64,000 nt of DNA, from contig CAWFXA010000003.1 in the NCBI GenBank assembly GCA_963819655.1, positions 192,149 to 256,148 of the forward strand. Reading direction: 5' to 3'. Of the stretch, positions 38,379 to 48,808 are shown one piece after another (the stretch's first letter is position 1; each line of letters begins with the position of its first letter). A program made the position numbers and the translations under genes. This DNA is from an uncultured Chloroflexia bacterium (GTDB taxonomy: Bacteria; Chloroflexota; Limnocylindria; Limnocylindrales; CSP1-4). The notes beneath the pieces were generated by a model. The model saw nothing but the letters and a program-made list of their open reading frames with translations. It was not told the DNA's origin and did not search any database.

Positions 38379-40835
38379 ATGATGGAACAGGCCCAGGCGG
38401 TGATCATCGGCGGCGGGGTCGGGGGCACGTCGATCGCCTATCACCTGGCGGACCGCGGGTGGCGCGACATCATGCTCGTCGAGAGGGCTGAGCTGACGAG
38501 CGGCTCGACCTTCCACAGCGCCGGGTTGGTGGGCCAGCTGCGCGGGTCGGTGACACTCACGAAGATGATGATGTACGGCACGGACCTGTACCGCCTCCTC
38601 AACGACGAGACGGGCACGGACCCGGCGTGGCACGAGGTCGGTTCGATCCGGCTGGCGTCGTCGACGGAGCGCATGCACGAGCTCGAGCGCCAGGCGGGGT
38701 GGGCGAAGACCTTCGGGCTGCCGATGGAGCTGATCGACGCACAGGAGGCGCAGGATCGTTTCCCGTTGATGTCGATCGACGGCGTGCTCGGTGGCGTCTG
38801 GCTGCCGACCGATGGCTGGCTCGATCCGTCCGGGCTGGCCCACGCGCTGGCGGCCGGTGCGCGGCAGCGCGGGGCGGCCATCCGGGCAGAGACACGGGTC
38901 GTCGGCATCGGCGTCGAGCGGGGGCGCGTCGCATGCGTGACGGTCGAGCACAAGGGTGAGCGTTCCGACATCCAGACCGAGGTCGTCATCAACGCCGCCG
39001 GCATGTTCGCACCCGAGGTCGGGCAGATGGTCGGCGTGACCGTGCCGATCATCCCGATGGCGCACCAGTACCTGTTCACCGAGCCCCTCGAGGGCGTAGC
39101 CCCGAGCCTGCCGCAGCTGCGCGACCCGGACAACCTCGTGTACTTCCGCGAGGAGGTCGGCGGGCTGTGCATGGGGGGCTACGAACGCGACCCGGCGCCG
39201 TGGTCGCTCGAGGGCGTGCCGCCAGATTTCAACGGCAAGCTGCTGGCCCCCGACATGCCGCGTTTCGAGCCGATCATGGAGGGCGCCATCCGCCGCGTGC
39301 CCGCGATGGAGGAGGCGCGCGTCAGCCGGGTGATCAACGGACCGGAGGCCTTCACCCCTGACAACGAGTTCATCCTCGGCGAGTCCGATGTCCGCGGCTT
39401 CTGGGTCGCGGCGGGGTTCTGTGCGCACGGGATCGCCGGCGCAGGCGGCATCGGGCGGCAGATGGCGAGCTGGATCGTCGACGGCGAGCCCGAGCTGGAT
39501 CTCTGGAAGATGGACATCCGCCGTTTCGGGGCGGCGTACCGGTCGCAGACCTACACGCTGGCTCGGTCGATCGAGAACTACGCGACCTACTACGACATCC
39601 ATTACCCGAACGAGGAACGGCAGGCGGGTCGCCCGTTGCGGACATCGCCGACCTATGACGATCTCGCCCGGCTGGGCGCCGTGTTCGGCGAGAAGTCGGG
39701 TTGGGAGCGCCCGAACTGGTTCGAGCCGAACGCGGACCACGCGCGATTTGGTGGTCGCGAGGCGCTCGAAGCACTCCGGCCGCGGGGCTGGGCGGGTCAT
39801 CACTGGTCGCCGGCGATCGCTGCCGAGGCGCTCGCGACGCGCCAGGCCGCTGCGCTGTTCGACGAGTCGTCGTTCGCCAAGCTCGAGGTCGCGGGGCAGG
39901 GCGCCTGTGCGTTCCTGCAGCGGGTCGCGGGCAACGACATCGACCGGCCCGTCGGATCGATCGTGTACACGCAGCTGCTCGACCGCCGTGGCGGCATCCA
40001 GGCCGATCTGACCGTCACGCGCCGCGCGGACGACCGGTTCATGCTCGTGACCGGCACCGCGTACGGCAACCACGACGCGGGCTGGCTGCGTTCGAACCTG
40101 CCCGACGACGGCTCAGTCGAGATCCGGGACGTGACCTCGTCGCGCGTCTGCTTCGGCCTGTGGGGACCCCGGGCACGCGACATCCTCGCCGCGTTGACGC
40201 GCGACGACGTGTCGGACGCCGGCTTCCCGTACCTCACCGCGCGCGAGATCAGCGTCGGGTCGGTGCCGCTCCTGGCCCTGCGGGTCACGTATGTCGGCGA
40301 GCTCGGCTGGGAGCTGTACGCCCCGACCGAGTACGGACGGTCGCTGTGGTCCGCCCTGTGGGAGGCAGGGCTCGAGCACGGGCTGGTCGCCGGTGGCTAC
40401 CGGGCGATCGAGGCGCTCCGACTGGAGAAGGGCTATCGCGTCTGGTCGAGCGACATCACACCCGACGAGACCCCGTTCGAGGCGGGTTTGGGCTTCGCCG
40501 TTTCTCTCGACAAGCCCGAGCCATCCCTGGCGCACGACGCGCTGGTCGAGGCAAAGGCGAATGGGCCAGGCAAGCGGCTGCGCTGTCTCGTCCTCGACGA
40601 CCCGCTCGACGTCTGCCTCGGCAACGAGCCGGTCCGGGTCGATGGCGACATCGTCGGGCGGGTGACCAGCGGCGGCCAGGGCTTCGCGATCGAGAAGTCG
40701 ATCGCGTACGCGTACCTGCCGCCCGACCGGGCGATCGGCACGCGCGGAGAGGTCGAGGTGTTCGGCCGATGGGTCGGCTTCGAGGTCGTGCACGAGCCGC
40801 TGTACGACCCCGACAACGCCAGGATCCGCTCGTGA
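38379..40835 (+). CDS. FAD-dependent oxidoreductase fused to aminomethyltransferase (GcvT-like) domain: dimethylglycine/sarcosine dehydrogenase family
   Basis: N-terminal dinucleotide fold VIIGGGVGGTSIAYHLADRG ... FHSAGLVGQL. C-terminal folate-binding GcvT-type domain LVAGGYRAIEALRLEKGY. 818 aa. Confidence 0.75.
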   Translation: MMEQAQAVIIGGGVGGTSIAYHLADRGWRDIMLVERAELTSGSTFHSAGLVGQLRGSVTLTKMMMYGTDLYRLLNDETGTDPAWHEVGSIRLASSTERMHELERQAGWAKTFGLPMELIDAQEAQDRFPLMSIDGVLGGVWLPTDGWLDPSGLAHALAAGARQRGAAIRAETRVVGIGVERGRVACVTVEHKGERSDIQTEVVINAAGMFAPEVGQMVGVTVPIIPMAHQYLFTEPLEGVAPSLPQLRDPDNLVYFREEVGGLCMGGYERDPAPWSLEGVPPDFNGKLLAPDMPRFEPIMEGAIRRVPAMEEARVSRVINGPEAFTPDNEFILGESDVRGFWVAAGFCAHGIAGAGGIGRQMASWIVDGEPELDLWKMDIRRFGAAYRSQTYTLARSIENYATYYDIHYPNEERQAGRPLRTSPTYDDLARLGAVFGEKSGWERPNWFEPNADHARFGGREALEALRPRGWAGHHWSPAIAAEALATRQAAALFDESSFAKLEVAGQGACAFLQRVAGNDIDRPVGSIVYTQLLDRRGGIQADLTVTRRADDRFMLVTGTAYGNHDAGWLRSNLPDDGSVEIRDVTSSRVCFGLWGPRARDILAALTRDDVSDAGFPYLTAREISVGSVPLLALRVTYVGELGWELYAPTEYGRSLWSALWEAGLEHGLVAGGYRAIEALRLEKGYRVWSSDITPDETPFEAGLGFAVSLDKPEPSLAHDALVEAKANGPGKRLRCLVLDDPLDVCLGNEPVRVDGDIVGRVTSGGQGFAIEKSIAYAYLPPDRAIGTRGEVEVFGRWVGFEVVHEPLYDPDNARIRS

Positions 40836-41635
40836 GCACGGTCGACGAGCGGCGCGCCTGGGTCGACCTGGGTCTGGCGATCGCCGACAAGGCCGATGCG
40901 ATCGCCCTGCGCCATTTCCGGCGCGACCTCGAGATCAGCACGAAGCCCGATCGCACTCTCGTCACCCAGGCCGACACGGCGATCGAACGCATGATCCGCG
41001 AACGGATCCTGGCGGCCCATCCGGATCATGGGCTGGTGGGCGAGGAATATGGGGTAGAGGCGCCCGATGCGCGCGTCCGCTGGTACATCGACCCGATCGA
41101 CGGCACGCACAACTTCGTCCGTGGGGTGCCGCTGTTCGGGATGCTGCTGGGCGTCGAGGAGGATGGCGAGCTCCAGGCCGGCGTGATCTCCGCGCCTGCC
41201 CTCGGTGAGCGCTGGTACGCCTGGGGTGGCGGCGGAGCCTGGGCCGTTCGGGCGGCGTCGGGTGAAGGACCGCGACGCATCCGGGTGTCCACTGTCGCCG
41301 CGCTCGAGGACGCCCAGCTGCTGTACGGGAGCGCCCGCGACATCCGGCGGTCCGGGCGAGCCCCCGGGTTCGAGTCGCTCCTCGATGACGTGTGGCGAGA
41401 GCGTGGGTTCGGCGATTTCTGGGGATACGCACTCGTCGCGGAGGGCGCAGCCGAGGGCATGGTCGAGGTCGACCTGTCGACCTGGGATGCGGCGGCTCCC
41501 GCGATCGTGGTCCAGGAGGCCGGTGGGCGGTGGACGGACCTGGACGGGGCCCGTCGGATCGACACCCGTACCTTTCTGGTCAGCAACGGTGTCCTTCACG
41601 ATGAGCTGCGTGAAAGGTTGCTCCACACCGGCTGA
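40832..41635 (+). CDS. inositol monophosphatase family protein (IMPase/HisN-like)
   Basis: EEYG..., WYIDPIDGTHNFVRGVP and WDAAAPAIVVQEAGG motifs. GTG start overlaps the upstream stop (GTGA). Confidence 0.8.
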   Translation: MSTVDERRAWVDLGLAIADKADAIALRHFRRDLEISTKPDRTLVTQADTAIERMIRERILAAHPDHGLVGEEYGVEAPDARVRWYIDPIDGTHNFVRGVPLFGMLLGVEEDGELQAGVISAPALGERWYAWGGGGAWAVRAASGEGPRRIRVSTVAALEDAQLLYGSARDIRRSGRAPGFESLLDDVWRERGFGDFWGYALVAEGAAEGMVEVDLSTWDAAAPAIVVQEAGGRWTDLDGARRIDTRTFLVSNGVLHDELRERLLHTG

Positions 41636-41685
41636 TCGGAGGCCTGGCAGCCCGGCCTCATGTGGGGATCAAGCGACGAGCTCCG

Positions 41686-42993
41686 CTAGGCGCCCGCGGC
41701 AGCCAACGAAGCGTCGAGGATCGCCAACGCCTGCTCCACCTCATCGGCCGTGGTGACGAGCGGCGGGATGATGCGGATGACGTTCACGTAGGTCCCGGCG
41801 GTCAACACGATCAGGTTGCGCGCCAGCGCCTCGGCCTGGATGCGCTTCGTGAGATCGGGGTCGGGGACGCGTCCGTCTCCCTCGTCCGGCTTTACGAGCT
41901 CGATGGCCACCATCAGCCCGAGGCCACGCGCGTCGCCGATCGATCGGTACTTGTCCTTGAGCTTCCGCAGGCCGGCCAGGAGCTGGGCGCCGCGCTCCCG
42001 AGCATTGGCCACGAGCCCCTCGTCCTCGATGACATCGAGCGTGGCGTTGGCCGCCGCGCATGACACGACGTTGCCGCCGTACGTGCCGCCATGGCTGCCG
42101 GGCTTCCAGCGGGTCATCAGCTCCTGGCGGGCGAGGATCCCGGACAGGGGCAGCCCGGAGGCGATGCCCTTGGCCATGACGAGGATGTCCGGTTCCACGT
42201 CGTAGTGCATCACGGCGAACATCTGCCCGGTCCGCCCGAAGCCCGTCTGTACCTCATCCGCGATCAAGAGGATCCCGTGCTGGCGGGTCAGCTCGCGGAG
42301 CCGCGGCAGGAAGTCCGGCGGCGGGACGATGTAACCGCCTTCACCCAGGATCGGCTCGATGATGATCGCGGCCACCTGGTCCGGGTAGATGAACTGGTGG
42401 AAGGTCAGGTCGAGCTGCTCCTCCCAGTCACACGTGCACGCCGATGGGTCGTGCGGACCGCCGGAGGCGCGGTAGCAGTACGGATAGGCGGTGTGATACA
42501 CGCTGCCCGGGAGGGGCTCGAACGCACCCCGGTACACGTCCTTGGCCGTCGTCAGCGCCATCGTCTGGGCGGTCCGGCCGTGGTAGCCGTAGCGGAACGC
42601 CATGATCGCCGGGCGTCCGGTGGCGACCCGCGCCAGCTTGACGGAGGCCTCGATCGCCTCAGCGCCTGAGTTGGACAGGAATGCCTGGTACGGCCCGCCG
42701 GGCAGCAGGTTCGGAAGGCGGTCGTACAGGCGCAGACCCGGCTCGTGGTACAGGATGTTCTGCTGTCCGTGGAGCAGCTTCTGCGCCTGCGCCGCGATCG
42801 CTGCCGCGACGCGCGGGTGAGCGTGTCCCGTGCTGGTCACGCCGATCCCGGACGAGTAGTCCAGGTAGCGCTCGCCGTCTCGCGTGATCAGCCACGAGCC
42901 CTCACCGCGGTCGACATCGAGATTCGTGATACGACCCCACACGGCCGGCACGACGGCGTGGTCGGGCAGGGTGGTGCGCCCCTCGGTCGTCAT
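41686..42993 (-). CDS. class III (omega) aminotransferase, PLP-dependent (putrescine/GABA aminotransferase-like)
   Basis: LLIADEVQTGFGRTGQMFA and ILVMAKGIASGLPLSG (PLP-lysine region). Start MTTEGRTTLP lies 4 nt before the potC-like stop. The upstream part of the long ORF belongs to potC. Confidence 0.85.
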   Translation of the reverse strand: MTTEGRTTLPDHAVVPAVWGRITNLDVDRGEGSWLITRDGERYLDYSSGIGVTSTGHAHPRVAAAIAAQAQKLLHGQQNILYHEPGLRLYDRLPNLLPGGPYQAFLSNSGAEAIEASVKLARVATGRPAIMAFRYGYHGRTAQTMALTTAKDVYRGAFEPLPGSVYHTAYPYCYRASGGPHDPSACTCDWEEQLDLTFHQFIYPDQVAAIIIEPILGEGGYIVPPPDFLPRLRELTRQHGILLIADEVQTGFGRTGQMFAVMHYDVEPDILVMAKGIASGLPLSGILARQELMTRWKPGSHGGTYGGNVVSCAAANATLDVIEDEGLVANARERGAQLLAGLRKLKDKYRSIGDARGLGLMVAIELVKPDEGDGRVPDPDLTKRIQAEALARNLIVLTAGTYVNVIRIIPPLVTTADEVEQALAILDASLAAAGA

Positions 42994-43893
42994 ACCCGGC
43001 CCGCCGCGTAGTCGCGCGCCGCCACGCGGCGCTGCCAGGCGGTGGTCAGCATCACGAGCCCGACGGCCGTGACGAAGATGATCGTGCCGATGACGTTGAC
43101 CTGGACCGGGATACCGCGGAGCTGCGACGCGTAGATGAACAGCGGGAACGTCTCGGTCTGGCCCGAGGTGAACGCCGTGATGACGTAATCGTCGATGGAC
43201 AGGCTGAAGGCGAGCAGCGCTGCGGCGATGACGCCCGGCAGGATCAGCGGGAAAGTGACCTTCCAGAACGTCGTCCATTCGTTCGCGCCCAGGTCCATCG
43301 CAGCCTCCTCCAGGTGACGCGGGAAGTTCGCTAGTCGCGCCTTCACGGTCACGACGACGAAGCTGATGTTGAACATGATGTGCGCGATCAGGACGGTCCG
43401 GATGTTGAGCGGGAACACGAGCCCCTCCGGGATCGGCAGCTGGACGGACGCGACGAACGTCGTGAGCAGTGATGCGCCGAGGACGATCTCGGGCGTCGAC
43501 ATCGGCAGGAAGATGAGCACGTTCGTCGCCGCCCGGCCGCGGAACGAGTAACGCGCCAGCGCCAGGCCGATCATCGTGCCGAGCGTCGTCGCGACGAGGG
43601 TCGACAGGAACGCGATGACTAGGCTGTTCCGCACGGCCTCCGCCAGACCGGGGCGCCCGAGCGGGTTGAGCCAGGCGTCGAGCGAGAACTCGCGCCAGTT
43701 CAGGTTCGAGCGGCCGGTCGGGATCGTTGAAGCTGAACAGGATCATGACCGCGACCGGCAGGATCAGGTAGGCCGTGACGCCGACCACGTAGATCGGCAG
43801 CAGCCACCGATCGATCAGGCGCCCGAGACGCGCGGCGGGCGCACGTCGCGTGGCGGTCACGGCGCTCGTCGTCGTGGTCGAGGTCGTGGCCAT
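42990..43893 (-). CDS. potC: spermidine/putrescine ABC transporter permease PotC-like; +1 frame break near 43715-43728
   Basis: N-terminus MATTSTTTTSAVTATRRAPAARLGRLIDRWLLPIYVVGVTAYLILPVAVMILFSFNDP in one frame. Body ...NLNWREFSLDAWLNP...AVRNSLVIAFLSTLVATTLGTMIGLALARY in the other. An extra base in a G/C run (ggtcGGGatcg) separates them. Confidence 0.8.
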
Positions 43894-44901
43894 CAGACCG
43901 CCGCTCCGGTCAGCTCCTCGGTCCCGATCAGCCGGGTGTAGAAGAACAGCCCGACCAGGATCGCGACCATCAGGACGAACGACAGCGCCGACGCGGTCGG
44001 GTAGTCGGTCACCTCGAGATAGCGGGCCTGGATGACGTTGCCGATCATCAGCGACTGGGGGTTGCCGAGCAGCTCGGCGTTGATGAAGTCACCGACGGCC
44101 GGGATGAACGTCAGCAGCGATCCCGCGAAGATCCCGGGTAGCGATAGCGGCAGGGTGACGCGGATGAACGCCTGGCCGATCAGGAACGTGCCGACGATGG
44201 CGCCGACGATGGCGCCGGGGATACCGATCGTCAGCGGCCCGTAGTCCATCACCGCCCCGACGACGAGACCGAGCACGCCGCCGATGACGCAGCCCGACGA
44301 CCGTGCCCTGCGGCCGCCACGGGCCTGCGTAGAGGTCCTCGGCGGCCTCGATGAGGCGCTTGTCGATCCGCTCGAGCGAGACGTAGAGCGGCAGCGTCAT
44401 GAACGGCAGGAAGTTGTACGTGATCCCCGCGATGACGGCCGCCGGCGTCGCTAGCAGCCGGAACTCCTCCGACAGCAACCCGAGATCCTTGAGCGGCCCG
44501 AGGAGCAGACCGTCGTCGGCCAGGATGATCTTCCAGGAGATCGTGCGCAGCAGAAAGCTCGTGAAGAAGGGCGCGATCACCAGGAACAACAGCAGGTTCT
44601 TGTAGGCGCCGCCGCGGAACGCGATGGCGTACGCGAGCGGGAAGCCCAGCGCGAACGCGAGGGCGGTCGCCAGCGCGCCGTACACGATCGATCGGGCGAG
44701 CCACGGCCAGTACTCGCTGATGGCCTCGGGATAGATGCCCCAGTTCCAGGTCTGCGAGAACCCGGCATCCAGGTTCCCCGTCCAGAGCGAGACGAGGAAC
44801 ATCTGGAACGCCGGGTACACGTAGAAAACGACGAGCCACAGCAGGCCCGGCAGGAGGAGCGCGTAGGGCGCGATCGCGCGGAGGTGCAGCGCGCGACGCA
44901 T
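43893..44901 (-). CDS. potB: spermidine/putrescine ABC transporter permease PotB-like; +1 frame break near 44281-44295
   Basis: N-terminal part through LIEAAEDLYAGPWRPQGTVVG in one frame. C-terminal part VIGGVLGLVVGAVMDY...FIRVTLPLSLPGIFAGSLL in the other. Confidence 0.75.
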
Positions 44902-44907
44902 CGGCGA

Positions 44908-46152
44908 CTAGAGGCCCATCGCCTTCGTGAACGCCTCTGCCCAGGCCGCCTCCTCGTCGGCGGTCGTGGCCCGGAACTGATGCAGCCGGGCGACCGAATC
45001 CTCGGGCGGGAAGATCAGCGGGTTGTTGGCGATCTCGGGATCAAGTCCGACCATGACCTCCTTCGCGCCTGCGACCGGGCAGACGTAGTTGACGTAGGCC
45101 TCGACCGTCGCGGCGTTGGTGGGGTCGTAATAGAAGTCGATCCAGCGCTCTGCCTGCGGCTTGTTCGGCGAGCCCTTGGGGATGACCATGTTGTCGGTCC
45201 ACAGCATCCCGCCTTCCTTGGGCAACGCCCACTGGAAGTCCTGTTCGGGTGTCTGGTCGGGGACCAGCAGGGTGAGCACGTCGCCCGACCAGGCCATCGC
45301 CAGGACGACGCTACCGCCGGCCATGTCCTCGACGTACGAGTTGCCGGTGACCTGGCGGACGATGCCGGACTTGATGGCCTTGTCGACTTCGGCGAGCGCC
45401 GCGTCGAACTGCTCCTGGGTCAGGTCCTCGGGCTTGCTGCCGAGCCGGATCGCCGAGAGGCCGATCGTGTCGCGCATCTCGGACAGATACGTCAACTTGC
45501 CCTTGAACTCGTCGGCAAAGAACACCTCCAGCGAGTCCAGGTCGCCGGTCTTGTTCTTGTCGTAACCGATGCCGGTCATGCCCGACTGCCACGGCGCGGC
45601 GAGGTTCGTGTCGGGATCGAACGAACGGCCCTTGTAGTTCTCGGCAAGGTTCGCCACGAAGTTCGGCGTCATCGACGTGTCGATCGTCTCGAGCCAACCG
45701 AGCCGGGCCAGGCGGGCGACCATCCAGTCGGTGACGACCACGATGTCCCACTCGGTCGGCAGGCCGGCCTCGAGTGGCGCCTGCAGGTCGCTGGCGAAGA
45801 ACGTCTCGTTGTCGTCGACGGCGCCGTCCGCGTATTCGACGGTGATGCCGGTCTCGGTCTGGAACTTCTCGATGGTCGGGAACGACGAACCGTCCTCGGT
45901 GACGTCGATATAGCCGATCCAGTTCGCGAACCGGACCGTGCCGCTGGTGGCCGGCGTGCCACCGGCGCCGGCACTCGCGCTCGCGCTCGCACCGGCCGTT
46001 GCGCTGGCAGCGGCCGTCGCGGACGCAGCGCCGCTCCCGGCTGGGGGCGTGCCGCAGGCGGCCAGGAAGGCGGCCGTGCCGGCGAGGGCGCTGCCCTGCA
46101 GGAATCGGCGGCGTGTCAGATCCCCGGGGAGTGGCGTGCCGGTGTCGGTCAT
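44908..46152 (-). CDS. potD: polyamine ABC transporter substrate-binding lipoprotein (PotD/PotF family), Tat signal
   Basis: Twin-arginine motif TRRRFLQGSALAG and lipobox LAACG. PotD-like fold. Confidence 0.85.
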   Translation of the reverse strand: MTDTGTPLPGDLTRRRFLQGSALAGTAAFLAACGTPPAGSGAASATAAASATAGASASASAGAGGTPATSGTVRFANWIGYIDVTEDGSSFPTIEKFQTETGITVEYADGAVDDNETFFASDLQAPLEAGLPTEWDIVVVTDWMVARLARLGWLETIDTSMTPNFVANLAENYKGRSFDPDTNLAAPWQSGMTGIGYDKNKTGDLDSLEVFFADEFKGKLTYLSEMRDTIGLSAIRLGSKPEDLTQEQFDAALAEVDKAIKSGIVRQVTGNSYVEDMAGGSVVLAMAWSGDVLTLLVPDQTPEQDFQWALPKEGGMLWTDNMVIPKGSPNKPQAERWIDFYYDPTNAATVEAYVNYVCPVAGAKEVMVGLDPEIANNPLIFPPEDSVARLHQFRATTADEEAAWAEAFTKAMGL

Positions 46153-46165
46153 CGATGCTCTCCTC

Positions 46166-47329
46166 TCATGCCGTCGCGGCCTCGGCGGCCTCGGCGGTGG
46201 CAGTTGCCCCGGTACTACTTGAAGCGGCGGCTGGTTCCGCGACGACGAAGCTGTGGTCGGGTGACCACGTCAGCAGGACATCCTCGCCGGGTGCCCACAG
46301 TTCGGCGCGGGTGGCGCGTTCGACGTTCTGTTCGTAGACGGTCAGGCGGGCGCCGCCTCGCGCCTCGACCTGGTACTGGGTGCTCACGCCCAGGTACGAC
46401 GCATCGCGGACGACGCCTCGGAGTTGGTTGTGGCCGGCGGGCGTCGGGTCGATCTCGGACGGTTCCCGCAGGCGGATCTTCTCGGGCCGAACGCCGATGC
46501 TGACGTCGACCTTGCCGTTGACGAGCGCGCTCGGGGCGCGGACCGTCGAATCGTCGGCCAGCCGCACGGTCGCGTACTGGCCGTCCGTGCCCTGGACCGC
46601 GCCGGGCAGGAGGTTGCTGATGCCAAGGAAGCCGGCGACGAAGCGGGTGGTCGGGCGCTCGTAGAGGCTCTCGGGGTCGCCGAGCTGTTCGTAGCGGCCC
46701 TTGTTCATCACCGCGATGCGATCGGACATCGTCATCGCCTCTTCCTGGTCATGGGTCACGTAGATGAACGTGATCCCGACCTCTTGCTGGATGCGCTTGA
46801 GCTCGACCTGCATCTGCTTGCGCAACTTGAGGTCGAGCGCGCCGAGCGGTTCGTCGAGCAGCAGGACGGCGGGCTTGTTGATGAGGGCCCGCGCGAGTGC
46901 GACGCGCTGCGCCTGGCCGCCGCTGATCTGGGTCGGCTTGCGGCGCTCGTAGCCGGGCAGCTCGACGAGCGCCAGCATCTCGGCTACGCGGCTCTTGACC
47001 TCCTGGTCCTTCACGCCCTTGCGCCGGAGTCCGAATGCGACGTTCTCGTAGATCGTGAGGTGGGGGAAGAGCGCGTAGTTCTGGAAGACGGTGTTGACGT
47101 TGCGCTTGAACGGCGGCAGCCACGTGACGTCCTCGCCCTGGAGCTCGATGAGGCCGGACGTGGGCTCCTCGAAGCCGCCGATCATCCGCAGGGTCGTGGT
47201 CTTGCCGCAGCCCGACGGCCCGAGGAGGCTGAAGAACTCACCGTCCTGGACCTCGAGATCGATGTGGTCGACCGCGACGGTCTCGCCGAATTGCTTGACC
47301 ACATCCACGAGCCTGACGTCGACGGGCAC
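46166..47329 (-). CDS. potA: polyamine ABC transporter ATP-binding protein PotA-like
   Basis: Walker A LLGPSGCGKTT, signature LSGGQAQRVALARAL, Walker B VLLLDEPLGALD, C-terminal TOBE/MOP-like domain. GTG start at 47329 preceded by AGGAG. The longer ORF-track N-terminus is low complexity. Confidence 0.85.
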   Translation of the reverse strand: MPVDVRLVDVVKQFGETVAVDHIDLEVQDGEFFSLLGPSGCGKTTTLRMIGGFEEPTSGLIELQGEDVTWLPPFKRNVNTVFQNYALFPHLTIYENVAFGLRRKGVKDQEVKSRVAEMLALVELPGYERRKPTQISGGQAQRVALARALINKPAVLLLDEPLGALDLKLRKQMQVELKRIQQEVGITFIYVTHDQEEAMTMSDRIAVMNKGRYEQLGDPESLYERPTTRFVAGFLGISNLLPGAVQGTDGQYATVRLADDSTVRAPSALVNGKVDVSIGVRPEKIRLREPSEIDPTPAGHNQLRGVVRDASYLGVSTQYQVEARGGARLTVYEQNVERATRAELWAPGEDVLLTWSPDHSFVVAEPAAASSSTGATATAEAAEAATA

Positions 47330-47710
47330 GTTCGTTCGCACTCCTGGCGTGGGGGCCGCGTCGGGGCCGCACGGTCCAAGCGGTCGGGTCGTCTCCTCGC
47401 GGCTCGCGCTCCTCCGCCGCGAAGCCGGTCCTGGCTCTCTCGCCCGAAACTGGGATAGGCGGGCCGGGAGGCCAGATGCGGCCGAGGATATGGGCGGATC
47501 GCTCAGGGTGTCAAGGACGCGGGAAACGAGGGTTCGTGCTCGCGGGCCGTGCGAGATTCGTCGCGCGGCGTGCTGACGGATGCGGGGTTCGCAGCGTCGG
47601 CCGCGAGTGCATCGCGGCACGCACCGCCGAAACTCCCGCGCGGGCTCTCCCCGCAGGCAGGGTACGATGTATTCCGACACTTCCCGTGACAGAACGAGGC
47701 CGACCGTCGC

Positions 47711-48790
47711 ATGACCACAATCACCGAAGGAGCCGTCCTCGAGGCACTCCGCGCCGTGCAGGAGCCGGAGCTCGGGCGCGACATCGTGACCCTCGAGATG
47801 GTCAAGTCGATCGCGATCGAAGACTCCCGCGTCGCATTCACGATCGAGCTGACGACGCCCGCCTGCCCCCTGAAGGACGAGATCGAGCAGAACGCGCGCT
47901 CGGTCCTGACCGACATCGGCGCGAGCGACATCCAGATCACGTGGGGGGCGATGGTCCGCCGCGCCTCGCCGCGCCAGGCCGAGCAGCTCGTGCCGGGCGT
48001 CAAGAACATCGTCGCGGTGGCGTCAGGCAAGGGCGGCGTCGGCAAATCGACGGTCAGCGTCAACCTCGCGGTCGCGCTCGCGCAGGCCGGGGCCACGGTC
48101 GGCCTCCTCGATGCCGACATCACAGGCCCCAACATCCCGCAGATGCTCGGCGTGGAGGGTCAGCCCAAGGCCAGCCCGAACAACAAGATCACGCCGCTCG
48201 AGCGCTACGGCGTCAAGACGATCTCGATCCAGTTCTTCGTGCCCGAGGGCCAGCCCATCGTGTGGCGCGGCCCGCTCGTGGGCGGCGCGATCCAGCAGTT
48301 CCTGCGTGACGTCGAATGGGGCGACCTCGACTACCTCGTCATCGATCTGCCGCCGGGCACATCTGACGCCCAGCTCACGCTGGCCCAGGCCGTGCCGATC
48401 TCCGGCGCAGTCCTGGTCACGACCCCGCAGGAGGTCAGCCTGAGCGACGTCACAAAGGCGCTTGCGATGTTCCAGCGCATGAACGTGCCCGTCCTGGGCG
48501 TCGTCGAGAACATGACCGCGTTCGCGTGTCCGCACTGCGGCGAGCTCACTGAGATCTTCGGGCGGGGCGGCGGCGAGCGCTTCGCGGCCAAGCACGGCCT
48601 CGACTACCTTGGCGGCGTGCCGCTCGATATCACGGTCCGCCAGGGTGGCGATGTCGGCGTCCCGGCGGTCGCCCAGCGGGAGCCCGGACCTGCCGCCCGC
48701 GCGTTGACGCTGGTGGCGCAGACCGTCGCCGCGCGGATGAGCGTGCGCGCCGCGACGGCCGAGGCACGCCCGCTCGTCACGATCTCCTGA
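47711..48790 (+). CDS. apbC: Mrp/ApbC-family Fe-S cluster carrier ATPase with N-terminal DUF59 domain
   Basis: Deviant Walker A VASGKGGVGKSTVSVNL and CPHCGE cluster-ligating motif. Confidence 0.85.
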   Translation: MTTITEGAVLEALRAVQEPELGRDIVTLEMVKSIAIEDSRVAFTIELTTPACPLKDEIEQNARSVLTDIGASDIQITWGAMVRRASPRQAEQLVPGVKNIVAVASGKGGVGKSTVSVNLAVALAQAGATVGLLDADITGPNIPQMLGVEGQPKASPNNKITPLERYGVKTISIQFFVPEGQPIVWRGPLVGGAIQQFLRDVEWGDLDYLVIDLPPGTSDAQLTLAQAVPISGAVLVTTPQEVSLSDVTKALAMFQRMNVPVLGVVENMTAFACPHCGELTEIFGRGGGERFAAKHGLDYLGGVPLDITVRQGGDVGVPAVAQREPGPAARALTLVAQTVAARMSVRAATAEARPLVTIS

Positions 48791-48808
48791 GGGGCCGAGG
48801 CTGACGGC

